Below the pieces are notes generated by a model. The model was not told the DNA's origin, did not search any database, and was given only the letters and a program-made list of their open reading frames with translations. From contig CM120644.1 in assembly GCA_051362555.1 (NCBI GenBank), positions 11,120,567-11,184,566 on the forward strand: 64,000 nt of DNA, read 5' to 3'. Position 1 is the first letter of the stretch. Every line of letters starts with the position of its first letter. The position numbers and the translations under genes are program-made. The DNA is from Lingula anatina (taxonomy: Eukaryota > Animalia > Brachiopoda). Shown here in pieces: positions 28,118-47,254 of the stretch.

Positions 28118-28206
28118 AAAAATTTCAACACCAGTTGGGTCTCGAACCAACGTACCAGTGTCCGTATGTTTACGAGACAGCAAAGTTACCACGGAGCCAA
28201 GTCAGT
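28118..28206 (-). ncRNA. tRNA-Thr(CGT)-derived Pol III-like unit, copy 1 (not a canonical cloverleaf)
   Basis: A box TGGCTCCGTGG, anticodon arm GTCTCGTAAAC at tRNA spacing, B box GGTTCGAGACCC, TTTTT terminator; acceptor and D stems degenerate. Confidence 0.55.
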
Positions 28207-29229
28207 TTCGTTAATACATACTGATCCGATGGAAACTTTCAACCTTGCCACGGAGAGGGCCAGGTTGGATGTACATGTGTATATCTGCTATCCCAATCGA
28301 TAATCCGGGTGCCGCATTTCATCCCACGCAACCCCAGTCCCCGACCATGGTTTATCATGAACGGTAAAATTCATGATGTACAGGAAGCCATGCGCTTTTG
28401 AGAACCCGACACGGAGCTCGGAGTTTGTTTTATACTAAGATTGATTTTGGCTTTACCCATGACATCAAAGAGTGTAATGGGAACCAAGGCGGTTCACAAC
28501 AGACGTGTTTTAGTTTTAGCGAGACCCTAAGTAGAGAGGAAAAACATTCAAATATGTAATAACTGGTTCGATTTCCATATAAGCAATTGCATCGATGGAA
28601 ATTTTGAACATATTTTGCAAATAAAAAAAGATATCATTTTTCTGCTGAAAACGGGTGGTATGACGTGCTGTTATACCGGGAAAGCTACTGAATCATTTCA
28701 AGTTCGTTGGCTTTCATTGATAGGCCTGCTCGGAACGTTTCTAGTCAGATAATTTCAGATACCTTTATTTTCGTTTTGTTTTGCACTGAGATTACGTTTG
28801 CTTTCACCTTTGACGATATACAGCGCAATGAGGTCCACAGCTGTTCACACCTTGGCGGTTTTAGTATTGAGTAGTCTTCACTCTTTCAAATGTCGACCGC
28901 GGACTTGGCCCGGGTACTGTATGAACATATGAACAGTCTTGAGAAGCAAGGGTGCAAGAAAGGCATGAAAAGACAAAAAAAAAAAAAAAAAAAAAATTCT
29001 CTCTGATAATCCCACCGAGAAGATAGCACATTTTGATGAAATGCAGATCATACGGAGTTAGCTCTAGGTCAATTTAAGCACAAGATCTGTGGCACCAAAT
29101 TAAGAACTTTTAACTGAAGAGAAAGGAAATATTATTGACGACGCAGACTTTATTCTAATGACCAGCAACATGTTTGTTTTAAATCGAAAATTTAATGTAA
29201 ACTTTCTAAAGTATACCGTATTTTTATGC

Positions 29230-29433
29230 AAAAGGTAATTTGCTAGGACCCTGGAGAGCCCAGATTCGTTCTCGTGACATCCGGGACACGATTCAGAGGC
29301 CCGGTCGTTGTCGTGATGGACTGACGTGCCTCATCCGGGATTCGAACTCGTGACTTTGCGTTGCCATGGTTGGTGGCGCTTTGGGTGTCTCATTTGCATC
29401 CAAGCACGCTACCGACTGCACCGTGACAGACCC
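29230..29433 (-). ncRNA. tRNA-headed (SINE-like) Pol III-like unit, ~200 nt, copy 2
   Basis: Same as 27843-28046, shifted by 1387. Confidence 0.45.
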
Positions 29434-29504
29434 GCCCACCCTCCTTACATACGAGTTTCCTCTTATTGTAACCAATTGGAATTTTTAAATTTTAATTCTG
29501 GAAC

Positions 29505-29593
29505 AAAAATTTCAACACCAGTTGGGTCTCGAACCAACGTACCAGGGTCCGTATGTTTACGAGACAGCAAAGTTACCACGGAGCCAAGTCAGT
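29505..29593 (-). ncRNA. tRNA-Thr(CGT)-derived Pol III-like unit, copy 2
   Basis: Same as 28118-28206, shifted by 1387. Confidence 0.55.
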
Positions 29594-30149
29594 TTCGTTA
29601 ATACATGGGGATCCGATGGAAGCTTTCAACCTTGCCACGGAGAGGGCCAGGTTGGATGTACATGTGTATATCTGCTATCCCAATCGATAATCCGGGTGCC
29701 GCATTTCATCCCACGCAACCCCAGTCCCCGACCATGGTTTATCATGAACGGTAAAATTCATGATGTACAGGAAGCCATGCGCTTTTGAGAACCCGACACG
29801 GAGCTCGGAGTTTGTTTTATACTAAGATTGATTTTGGCTTTACCCATGACATCAAAGAGTGTAATGGGAACCAAGGCGGTTCACAACAGACGTGTTTTAG
29901 TTTTAGCGAGACCCTAAGTAGAGAGGAAAAACATTCAAATATGTAATAACTGGTTCGATTTCCATATAAGCAATTGCATCGATGGAAATTTTGAACATAT
30001 TTTGCAAATAAAAAAAGATATCATTTTTCTGCTGAAAACGGGTGGTATGACGTGCTGTTATACCGGGAAAGCTACTGCATCAATTCAAGTTCGTTGGTTT
30101 TCATTGGTCTGAGATGACACCTGAAGCTTCAACGGTCCAGCTTCAACAG

Positions 30150-30448
30150 CCACTTACTTGTCTCCGATCCACGTGAAATGACCGCAATGCGCGTGATTGC
30201 GTTAGCTGTGTTCCCACAATGCACCACAATGACCCAATATGTCGCCCTCCGTGTTTCTCAGAATAGAGTAAACTTCGGTCCCTACTTTGTTAAAATATCA
30301 ATGCATGCTGATTAAATTGAGCCTGTGAATTGATCTTAAATCCAAGGTACGTGTTCGATCTTTTTGTCTTTTTTATGCTAATCAAATATATGCTAGGCAG
30401 AGTGAAATATCGGAAGTGGAACGAGGCACAGAAAGAACTTGCTAAGGT
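30150..30448. promoter_or_regulatory. Probable CUL2 promoter and non-coding first exon, likely bidirectional
   Basis: Locally CpG-rich; ZNF143/Staf-like TTCCCACAATGCACCA at 30211-30226; E-box CACGTG at 30170; ETS motif CGGAAGTG at 30411. Plus-strand donor AAG|GTAAAT at 30447 could pair with acceptor tttccag at 31395; minus-strand donor GTAAGTG at 30157-30151. Confidence 0.6.
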
Positions 30449-31451
30449 AAATTTGGGGACAGAAACTAGAGTAGAGAACACGGAATTCCTCCTTAGATAT
30501 GGAAAAGAAAAGGTACTGTAATCGCAATGTCAGTAGTACTTCTCTGAAACCGAATCCTTAAATAGTATGTGTTGGATGTATGTTCTTTAAATATAGATTT
30601 TTTTCCACTCAAATAGCCACTGTCAACACAACTTGCCACGTTTATTTGATACGTAGATTTCTTAGTTTACGACAACAACCTACTAAAGCTTGTGTCAGTG
30701 ATAGCCTGGCAGCAATTTCTGTTTCAAATATGGTAAGCTGAAGTAAAAATGCAAATAACTCTGTCTCTGTTTTACAATGACTGTTTTTTAAGGGTTGGTA
30801 GGATTGAAGAAAAATACAATTTTGATTTAATCAGTGCAATAATCATAAGTGGGATGGGGTAGGGTAGTTTACAAAATAAGATTCCCCCATCACTGTCAGA
30901 GAGGTCACCTGTCAATGAGTAGTTGTTTTATCAGAAGGGCTCCTGAAACTGTGGGCACAAAGCCTACTTACACTGCTTGGTGAGAGAGCAGTCATAACTA
31001 CTAGTAATTTAATTTAAATTTTAATTAACAACCATGATGCTGCACAGTGGAGACCAGCTTGAGAGAGCATAGACATGCTAGTTTCGATTTTACTGCATTA
31101 GTTCACCAACACTTTCTAAAATTAACCCTCTGAAAAAGTATCTTGGCTGCAACTGAGGCAGTCATTGGTATAAATATGTATGTCCTAGATGCTAATTAAG
31201 TCAGTTTTTTTTTACACATGCACACACTTGCAAAGATGCATGTATACATGCACATATGAACAAAAATGCCTGGTTATTACATGTGTAACAAAGTCCATCT
31301 TTATACTTCAACATGCACAAAATAACATTTTCAAACTTTCTCGCTATTTTACAGTCTTGACATTTTCTAATATAAACTATTTATATATTTTCCAGTTCCC
31401 AAAGTCAAACCCATTAGAGTATTTACAACTGATATCCATCCATTAGAATAG

Positions 31452-40228
<8,777 letters not shown>

Positions 40229-43094
40229 TTGATTCACTAAGTCAGATAGATCTCTCTGCAGTGTAACCTCCAGTCTGCACATTTATGAGCATATCCCACT
40301 CCTTTTTTATAGGCGATTTTCCTGTTTTCACTTGTTGAGCTATGATACATAGCATGATGAACAAAAAACATGATCATTTTGCTTGAATGTTCAACATTGT
40401 CAATGCTTTTAACAGACTAAACATGTCGTCATGTCTGTGCCCAAGTGATGAGAATGGTGACGAGACTGGAGCATGAAAGTGTCACTCAGAAATAAGAAAG
40501 TTTGATGATGTTGAAACGTATTGTTAAAGATAATTGCCATGTAGATGTCATTGACCTTCAACTACAATGACTATTCTAAGAATAACCACGGTTTGTGCCA
40601 GAATTAGAAACAGAAATGCTTTTTCTATGTCATGTAATTCTAGGCACACTCACCTGAAAATTTAATTTAAGAAAAGTATTGGGTCATTTTGGCCTAGTAA
40701 TCAGAATTTTGAAATAAATCAGTTATAAAATAGGAGAAAAAAAAATAAAGCAATATAATGCTTAACATTTTTGTGAACCAAATTAAATTTTGTTTAGTAT
40801 ACGGTTAAAAAGTACATTAAATTTTTAAGCTAGACTTAGTTGAGATAAATTAAGAACAGGGAGATTGACAAGTGTTTAAAGGATTTAGCTCCGTTTTAGG
40901 TAGCAGATGTGAAGAGACCATTGTAAATGTGCTTCAGTCTACAGAACTGTTTTCTTACCTACTTTAAATAAATCAGGGTGTGAGACAACAAAACCAGCAT
41001 TAAGGAAATTCTGGCTGTCTGACAATCTAGAGAACAGACTTCCTGGAAAAAAATGCACTCTGTTCATATATTAAACTCAGTTAAGAGGGAGGGTATAAAT
41101 ACACATGGAAGGAATCTGCGCATAACAAATGGTGGCACCTGGGGCATACCAGTTGCCATGGAAACATGCTGAGGCAGAACTAAAGATAATACAAATCTGA
41201 ACTATGGCAGTCTGGGAAAAGACAGGGGCTAACATTTTGAAGATGTGCTGGAAGTAAGCTATGTGGCAGAACTTGGCTAAGAAGCGATTGTTGTTGTTAG
41301 TCACCTTAAGCTCTAAGTTGATGCTGTGACAGTTTTTATTTACTGCAGTCTACAGAGTAGGCAACGTGGAAGACAAAAAGGGGGCATAATGCCGAAGGCA
41401 GTCCGTGGAAAGAAGATGTATTCGTTAAATATCTGCAAATGGTCAACTAATGTCTTGGATGATGCCCATTGTGACGTCAGTGCAGGAGTTGTTAAGAAGA
41501 TGTAAAATGTGTTGAAACTCTCAGAACAAGTTATTGATGTAGAAGATATAAAGCCTGTAGTTCACAAGTGGGAAATCTATTATTATAGTAAGGATAAATT
41601 GATGTGCTGAACATAATTTACAAAGAATGTACGTATATTGCTAGCTTAATACTGTAAACGGGGAAGAAAGAGGGTAGTTCTGCGGCAGGTTTTGCGAGGA
41701 CTGCATCCCCTGTAATTTGCTGTGAATAAGTTGCAATATAGCAGAAGAGATTAAATACCCTGACTTAATGTGTGTTTAGAAGGGGGGGTCCTTTAAGAAA
41801 GTTTGATTCTTGTCCATTGTACCATGTTGAAGTGGATTCATTGACAAGTTATCCATTTCTTCATCATATGAATATATACTGACAGTCAATGAAAATGCAT
41901 CATTTATTTATCAAATGATATTTTAAGTTCCTTTGGCACATTAAGAAAATAAGTTTTCGTGTGAAATATGTGAAATATGAAATAGTGGTCAGCCCACTCT
42001 CTTATGGCCAAACAAGTGCATTTGTACTCGTTTATATGGTTGGAATTGATTCTCGGTAAAAAAGTATGAGAGTTTTCTGATGCGTTTTCATTGACTGTCA
42101 GTATAAATTTGAAACTGTTACTCTAAATGAAAGTTACTACATGATGTATTTCTTCACATGGAAATTATAATAGCTTATTTTACTGCAGCTCAGTTTATTA
42201 CAGGCATTATGATAGGTAAATTAATGTTATTTTGATGTTGATTTAGTGGCAGTCTGAACTGAATCCATCTCAAAGTGCATTGCACTGTTTGCAGAAACTC
42301 TTCTGTTGAACAATGGGTTGTGAAAATTGTTTTTATAGAAAAATGATGCTTTATTCCTTCTTCTTGATGAATGATTAATTGTGTGAAAAAGTGGTATGCA
42401 CAATTTTACAAAAAACATTTCTTCCCTTTTCGAAGGCAAAGTTATTTTCCTTTATTTATTTATTTATTTATTTATTTGGTGGTATTTCTAACTGAATGTA
42501 TTGTTTTTGTTGAATGCATATTTGATTCTACCTCATCCTAAACTTGATTGTCCATTATTCCATCACTGCTATGATTATGTTACAATTTGTGTTGCTACCT
42601 CCAATATGTTTGAACCCTGGGTTAGAGGCTAGAGTTTGGAGGCTATTGGGGATTGTAATGCTGCAGCAAACGCCTACATTTATGACTTCATATTATCGAG
42701 ATGCCGGTTTGGCATTTAGTTTCTTTCTTCATCATATTTATTTAAAGAGAGACTAAAAGGTACCTTTCATAAGGGTGTTATTAGATTTTTTGGTCAATTA
42801 TACAATAGCTATACAACAAAAGAGTGTTGATTATTTTTATGATCTGCAACATGGCCAAGCAAGTTTATATGTTGTAGATTTGATTAACATCTTCATTTTG
42901 CAAAGCAAGGCCATTTCTGCCGTAGCTCGTTTTGTGTTACGTGAACGATTTTATGTAAGATGTCACTTGTCCATCTGAAGAAGAAACCCCATTTGTTCAG
43001 TGAGATTTTATTTGTTTTGTCTAAGCGACTGCCAAATTGATCCTGTACATCTTGCTCTGTACATTCACTTTGTTAACTTTACAAGTACAAAATG

Positions 43095-43100
43095 AATAAA
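43095..43100 (+). terminator. Likely CUL2 polyadenylation signal (AATAAA), implying a ~2.9-kb 3' UTR
   Basis: AATAAA preceded by TGTA motifs and U-rich UTR-like sequence; faces a minus-strand AATAAA at 43668-43663. Confidence 0.45.
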
Positions 43101-43662
43101 ATGTATATCCTCAATATTGTGACTGCAGAGTTCTACCTTAAACTGAAAGTTAAGTATGTGGACTATGGCAGTGAAAGACCTATTTGAACAGATATTTTCT
43201 TTTTAGTTTTCTAGGCCAAGTTTTAAAAACTTTATGATGGTGTAAATGAAGTTCAAACTCATCTCAAATCGTGAGCCTCTGAATTACTGCTGGGACAGTT
43301 GTTAATATTGGGTATAGTATTGAGTGATTCATTAAATTATTTGATATAAGTTATGCATATTTAAAAATACTTTGTACAAAAAAATTGGATGGTCTGGATA
43401 TCCAGATCCTTTTAAAAGATCAATTTACTCCAAAAATTACTATTTTGATGCAAGCAATTCTTTTTTAAGGAGACCGTGGAATATAAGGATGTGATTAGGG
43501 GGACCGAGAGTCGCTCACTTGTCAGAGCATGTCAAAGCTCTTGCAGTATTTGAATTGAGCAGCTTGCAGTGAAAATGAAACAAGTTTCAAATTGTTAAAC
43601 AAAAAGCACTGTAAAATTGACAAACAACAAAATTGGAACATCTCTGCATCAAATGTAATAAT

Positions 43663-43668
43663 TTTATT
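43663..43668 (-). terminator. Likely polyadenylation signal of the CCDC177-like gene
   Basis: TTTATT on the plus strand at the distal end of a UTR-like region. Confidence 0.4.
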
Positions 43669-46589
43669 TGCTTTAACAATATTACAAAATATATAAATAT
43701 GGCAGCCTAGTTAATGAACTGTTTGGGCAGCAACTCCAAACAATACAACGTCAAAATGGAAAATATTCAATTCCTGCTTAATTTACATAACCACTACTGT
43801 CTAAAAAATGCCAAAATATCATACAAAGTTTACATTGCCTTATAAGTTTTGTCTTGAGTTAAAAAAACCCAAGTACTAATTAATACATAACTATTAAAAG
43901 TATACTACACAGCAAAAATTTAAGACCTTCAACAAAGTTTAGTCCTTAAAAGCCTTTAATTAAAAGAAGCGATACAAATATGTCTGATTTTTCTATACAA
44001 TATATGTTGCAGTTGTTAAGAACAGCACTATCTGTAATGGATTAATGCTTACTTATCTTTTTAACAATTCAACAAAAACTTAAGATAACAACTTCCAGCA
44101 TGACCTTAGCATATATTTACATCGTGAAGATTATTTCAAATTATCCTGAAGAAACTACAACACAAGTTTGGCAAACTCGATGGTGTTGGTAAGAGATTAT
44201 GAAGTTAAATGAAATATACAAAATAAAGGCTATATTCATGAATTAAAATAATGTAATCCTGTCTAAAAACTTATGAATACCTCATAATAACAAAGTTAAT
44301 ACCCTCACAGTCCTTTTTCACAATAATAATAAAAAACTTTCTTCATCCAACATTCCATCAAGTAATTTAGGTTCCTCCTTACATTCAGTGGTAATTTTTC
44401 ATTATGACTCTGGTTTTGTTTCTTCCAATTAGTAAAAAGTAATTATGAACATTTACAGATCTACCCAGGCTGTTTCTAAAACATTGAATCATCTCCCCAT
44501 GGAGAATAAAGAACAAATACATTAATCCACTCTTTTCAAAACAAAGCATCTCTTACAACTCTTAACATTTTTTTTCCATATCTTTCAATTGAAAATAAAA
44601 TAAAATTCAACTGCCATATATGTTTCACTACTATTAATTATTTAGTCATAACTCGAGAGTATTGGACTAACTTCCAACAGACAGGATAATTATCTAAGAA
44701 GCAAGGTTCCAATTTCTAATCTCTTACGAAAAAGCTCCGTGTTCCATTATCAGTTTGTGAGGGTTATTTTTTGGTCTAGCCTTTAAAATACAACATAGCA
44801 CCAGTTATAAAATACTGTTGTTATTAACATTTAAATTATACTTTGCCCTATACAATATATACCTGCTTTAGATCAGATCTATATGGATCAACTGGAAGCT
44901 GACGTATGACCCCATTAATCCATTCATCAGAAAAATGTAATAGCATATAAAATATAACGACCCATTGGAGGCTTTCTCCAAGATGTGTCATTTTCAGACA
45001 CTCTCAAAGAGATGATGACTGTTAAATCTCACATCACCAAGTCCTCTTAACAGGACACAATCAGTTCTTACTTTTTCATGAAATTATTCACATTGCTGAA
45101 CAACTCTTTTAAAAGGAATTGAAAGTCGACTCCCTATATGGACCACATGTAGCTTCTGATGGTTAAAAATGGAGCTATTGCACAAGACTTGGCCAGGCTA
45201 GATCCATCTTCAAAAAGGAAGCATCTAGTCATAGTCCATTCCATCTATAAGATCTGCCTATGGCCATTATAGCTGACAGGTTTTAAGAGGCAGCATGTAC
45301 CAGTGAGTAGTAGCAAATATCTACTGAAGGTCTGCTTCTCTTTCGAAATTCTCACTCGTTACATGTTCCCCGTTTACAATTTGAGCCATTTCAATATACT
45401 AGTACCTTGCTTTTCTGCACCAATTTGTGCACTTCACAGTCAACAAAGAACATGGCAAGAGCAGAGGGAAAATGTAACAATAACAGGCAAATTTGCCATT
45501 GCTAACATTTTTTATGTGCAAGGCCAGTTTAAAACAATTGTTTCAGTGTCCTAGCAATCACTCACAGTGGAATATCTAATACCTGTCAGTTACGACAACA
45601 GCTGCACAGTTATCTTACCACACAAACTTGACCTGGAATGATTTCAATTACTATGAACATATTAGTTCAATTCCAAAATTTGTTTCAAATCCACGCCATT
45701 ATCCATTTCACATGGCACATACTGAAACCACCTGGTTAAGAACTGCACGGTCCATGTGTACTTGACCTTGTCTGCTGTCCCCAAGGAAAAATCTGTCACG
45801 CAAAGTTTCAGATCCTGCTTGTGTTTGTCTAAAAGCATTTTGGGAACAGAGCACTGAGTGAAATTTTGTGGCACCATTTCGGGCATGTAGAAATTTGCAC
45901 ATGGTACCAATGAAGTCACTCCTAGCCTCTTCATGTCCTATAATAACATTATCTGGAATCAAAGCGGGTCCATTTGCTCACGCCCGATTTCTGTCCGATT
46001 CTTAAAAGTTTTTCAGTTTTCTTGGTGTTTTAGAGAGTTGTTCAGTTGTAACTGCAAAGGTAACAGGGTACCTGCAGTTTCTGAGAGGTGTTCTGTCGTG
46101 GTGCTCTGACTTAATTTTTCCTCTTTTAAATTACGATGATTTGCAGACCCAATATTTGTCTGCATGCTTCACATGAGAGCGATTTATAGTCCCCAAAATT
46201 TTTCAGGTGAGACTGGCGCTTGGTGACACGTCTTTAGATGAGACTGACCCAAAGTCACATTCTTTTCAATTGACATCAGACCAAGGACCCATAACTTTTA
46301 GTTAAGAATGGCCCATTGTCCTTTAAATTTTGCAGCTTAGGATAGCCTCGTCCTACAACTTCTCTCTGCAGAAATAGGAACAAGGTCTTACATTTTTGTT
46401 TCAGCTGAAAACGGGCCTTGGTCCATTTTTTTCTGCTAAAATCAGATCAAGATGCCACAGCTTTTCAGCTTAGAGCGGTTCAGGGTCAAAGATTTTTTTC
46501 AACAAAGATCAGTCAATGGCCCTCCCTATATTCTTTCAGCTACTCGAAAATGCTGCTTCAAACAAACCATCTCTTTTCTCCTGTCCACT

Positions 46590-47223
46590 TCAACCCAGAG
46601 ACAGTGAGGACATGTTTTTGGTAGCACCTTGAACCCCCAGAGTCCTGTTCTGAAGAGCAACCTGCTTGGCTTTCTTATCAAAAGAGTCTGCATTGTATGA
46701 CCTTCGTATGTCATCCCTGAGTTGCTGGGATTGTGCTGCTATAGCACGAGACTGAGAGAAAAGAAATGATACAAACCCTATTAATGCATGGTATAATATG
46801 TATGAAAACTAAGATCAGTTCGAAACATTTATGATTGAGTAATAGAAGGTTATTGATAGTTTAGAATTTAATGTGGCACGTCTTTTCAAAATCAAAATTT
46901 CCAATTTTTTCTTAACAAAGTTTAGTACTACATAGTAAATAAAGCCATAGTTATCGTTTAAAAAAGAATTCCACTTTAAGAGTTTTCTTTAACAAAATTG
47001 TCATACATATTAAGGTAAAATGTTTCTTAATATCCAATTTTTAAGTAAAAATTTAATTAGAAATTTAACTCACTTCTTCAATAGTCTGATCTTTCTCCTG
47101 TTGGATAAGTTTTGATTTGAACTCCTTGACTGCTATCTGAGCCTTCATCTCTTCTTTCCACGCCTCCTCGTCTTTCTTTAACCTGGGAGTGAGAAAGATG
47201 ACAGTCAAATTAGAGAGAATTTT

Positions 47224-47254
<31 letters not shown>

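Larger units (their letters stand above)
26896..30106. repeat. Tandem duplication of a ~1387-bp unit (2.2 copies, starting at 26896, 28450 and 29837)
   Basis: Near-identical sequence restarting at GCTTTACCCATGACATCAAAG. The period is 1387 between copies 2 and 3 and 1554 between copies 1 and 2, mainly because of a MITE in copy 1. Confidence 0.97.

Noticed and set aside
28118-28206. Functional tRNA-Thr gene
   Set aside because: Acceptor and D stems do not pair and the variable region is expanded; treated as tRNA-derived
27906-29788. Duplicated ORFs (MPHPGFELV.., MVTIRGNS..) as proteins
   Set aside because: Non-ATG starts overlapping tRNA-like boxes; they recur only because of the DNA duplication
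26896-30106. A-B-A-B-A layout as a tandem TRIM/LTR element or retrozyme array
   Set aside because: No consistent TG..CA termini, PBS, PPT or TSD, and no convincing hammerhead or HDV core; a simple tandem duplication suffices
1-30150. CREM/CREB gene head-to-head with CUL2, as in human
   Set aside because: No KID (RRPSY) or bZIP exon found in the window
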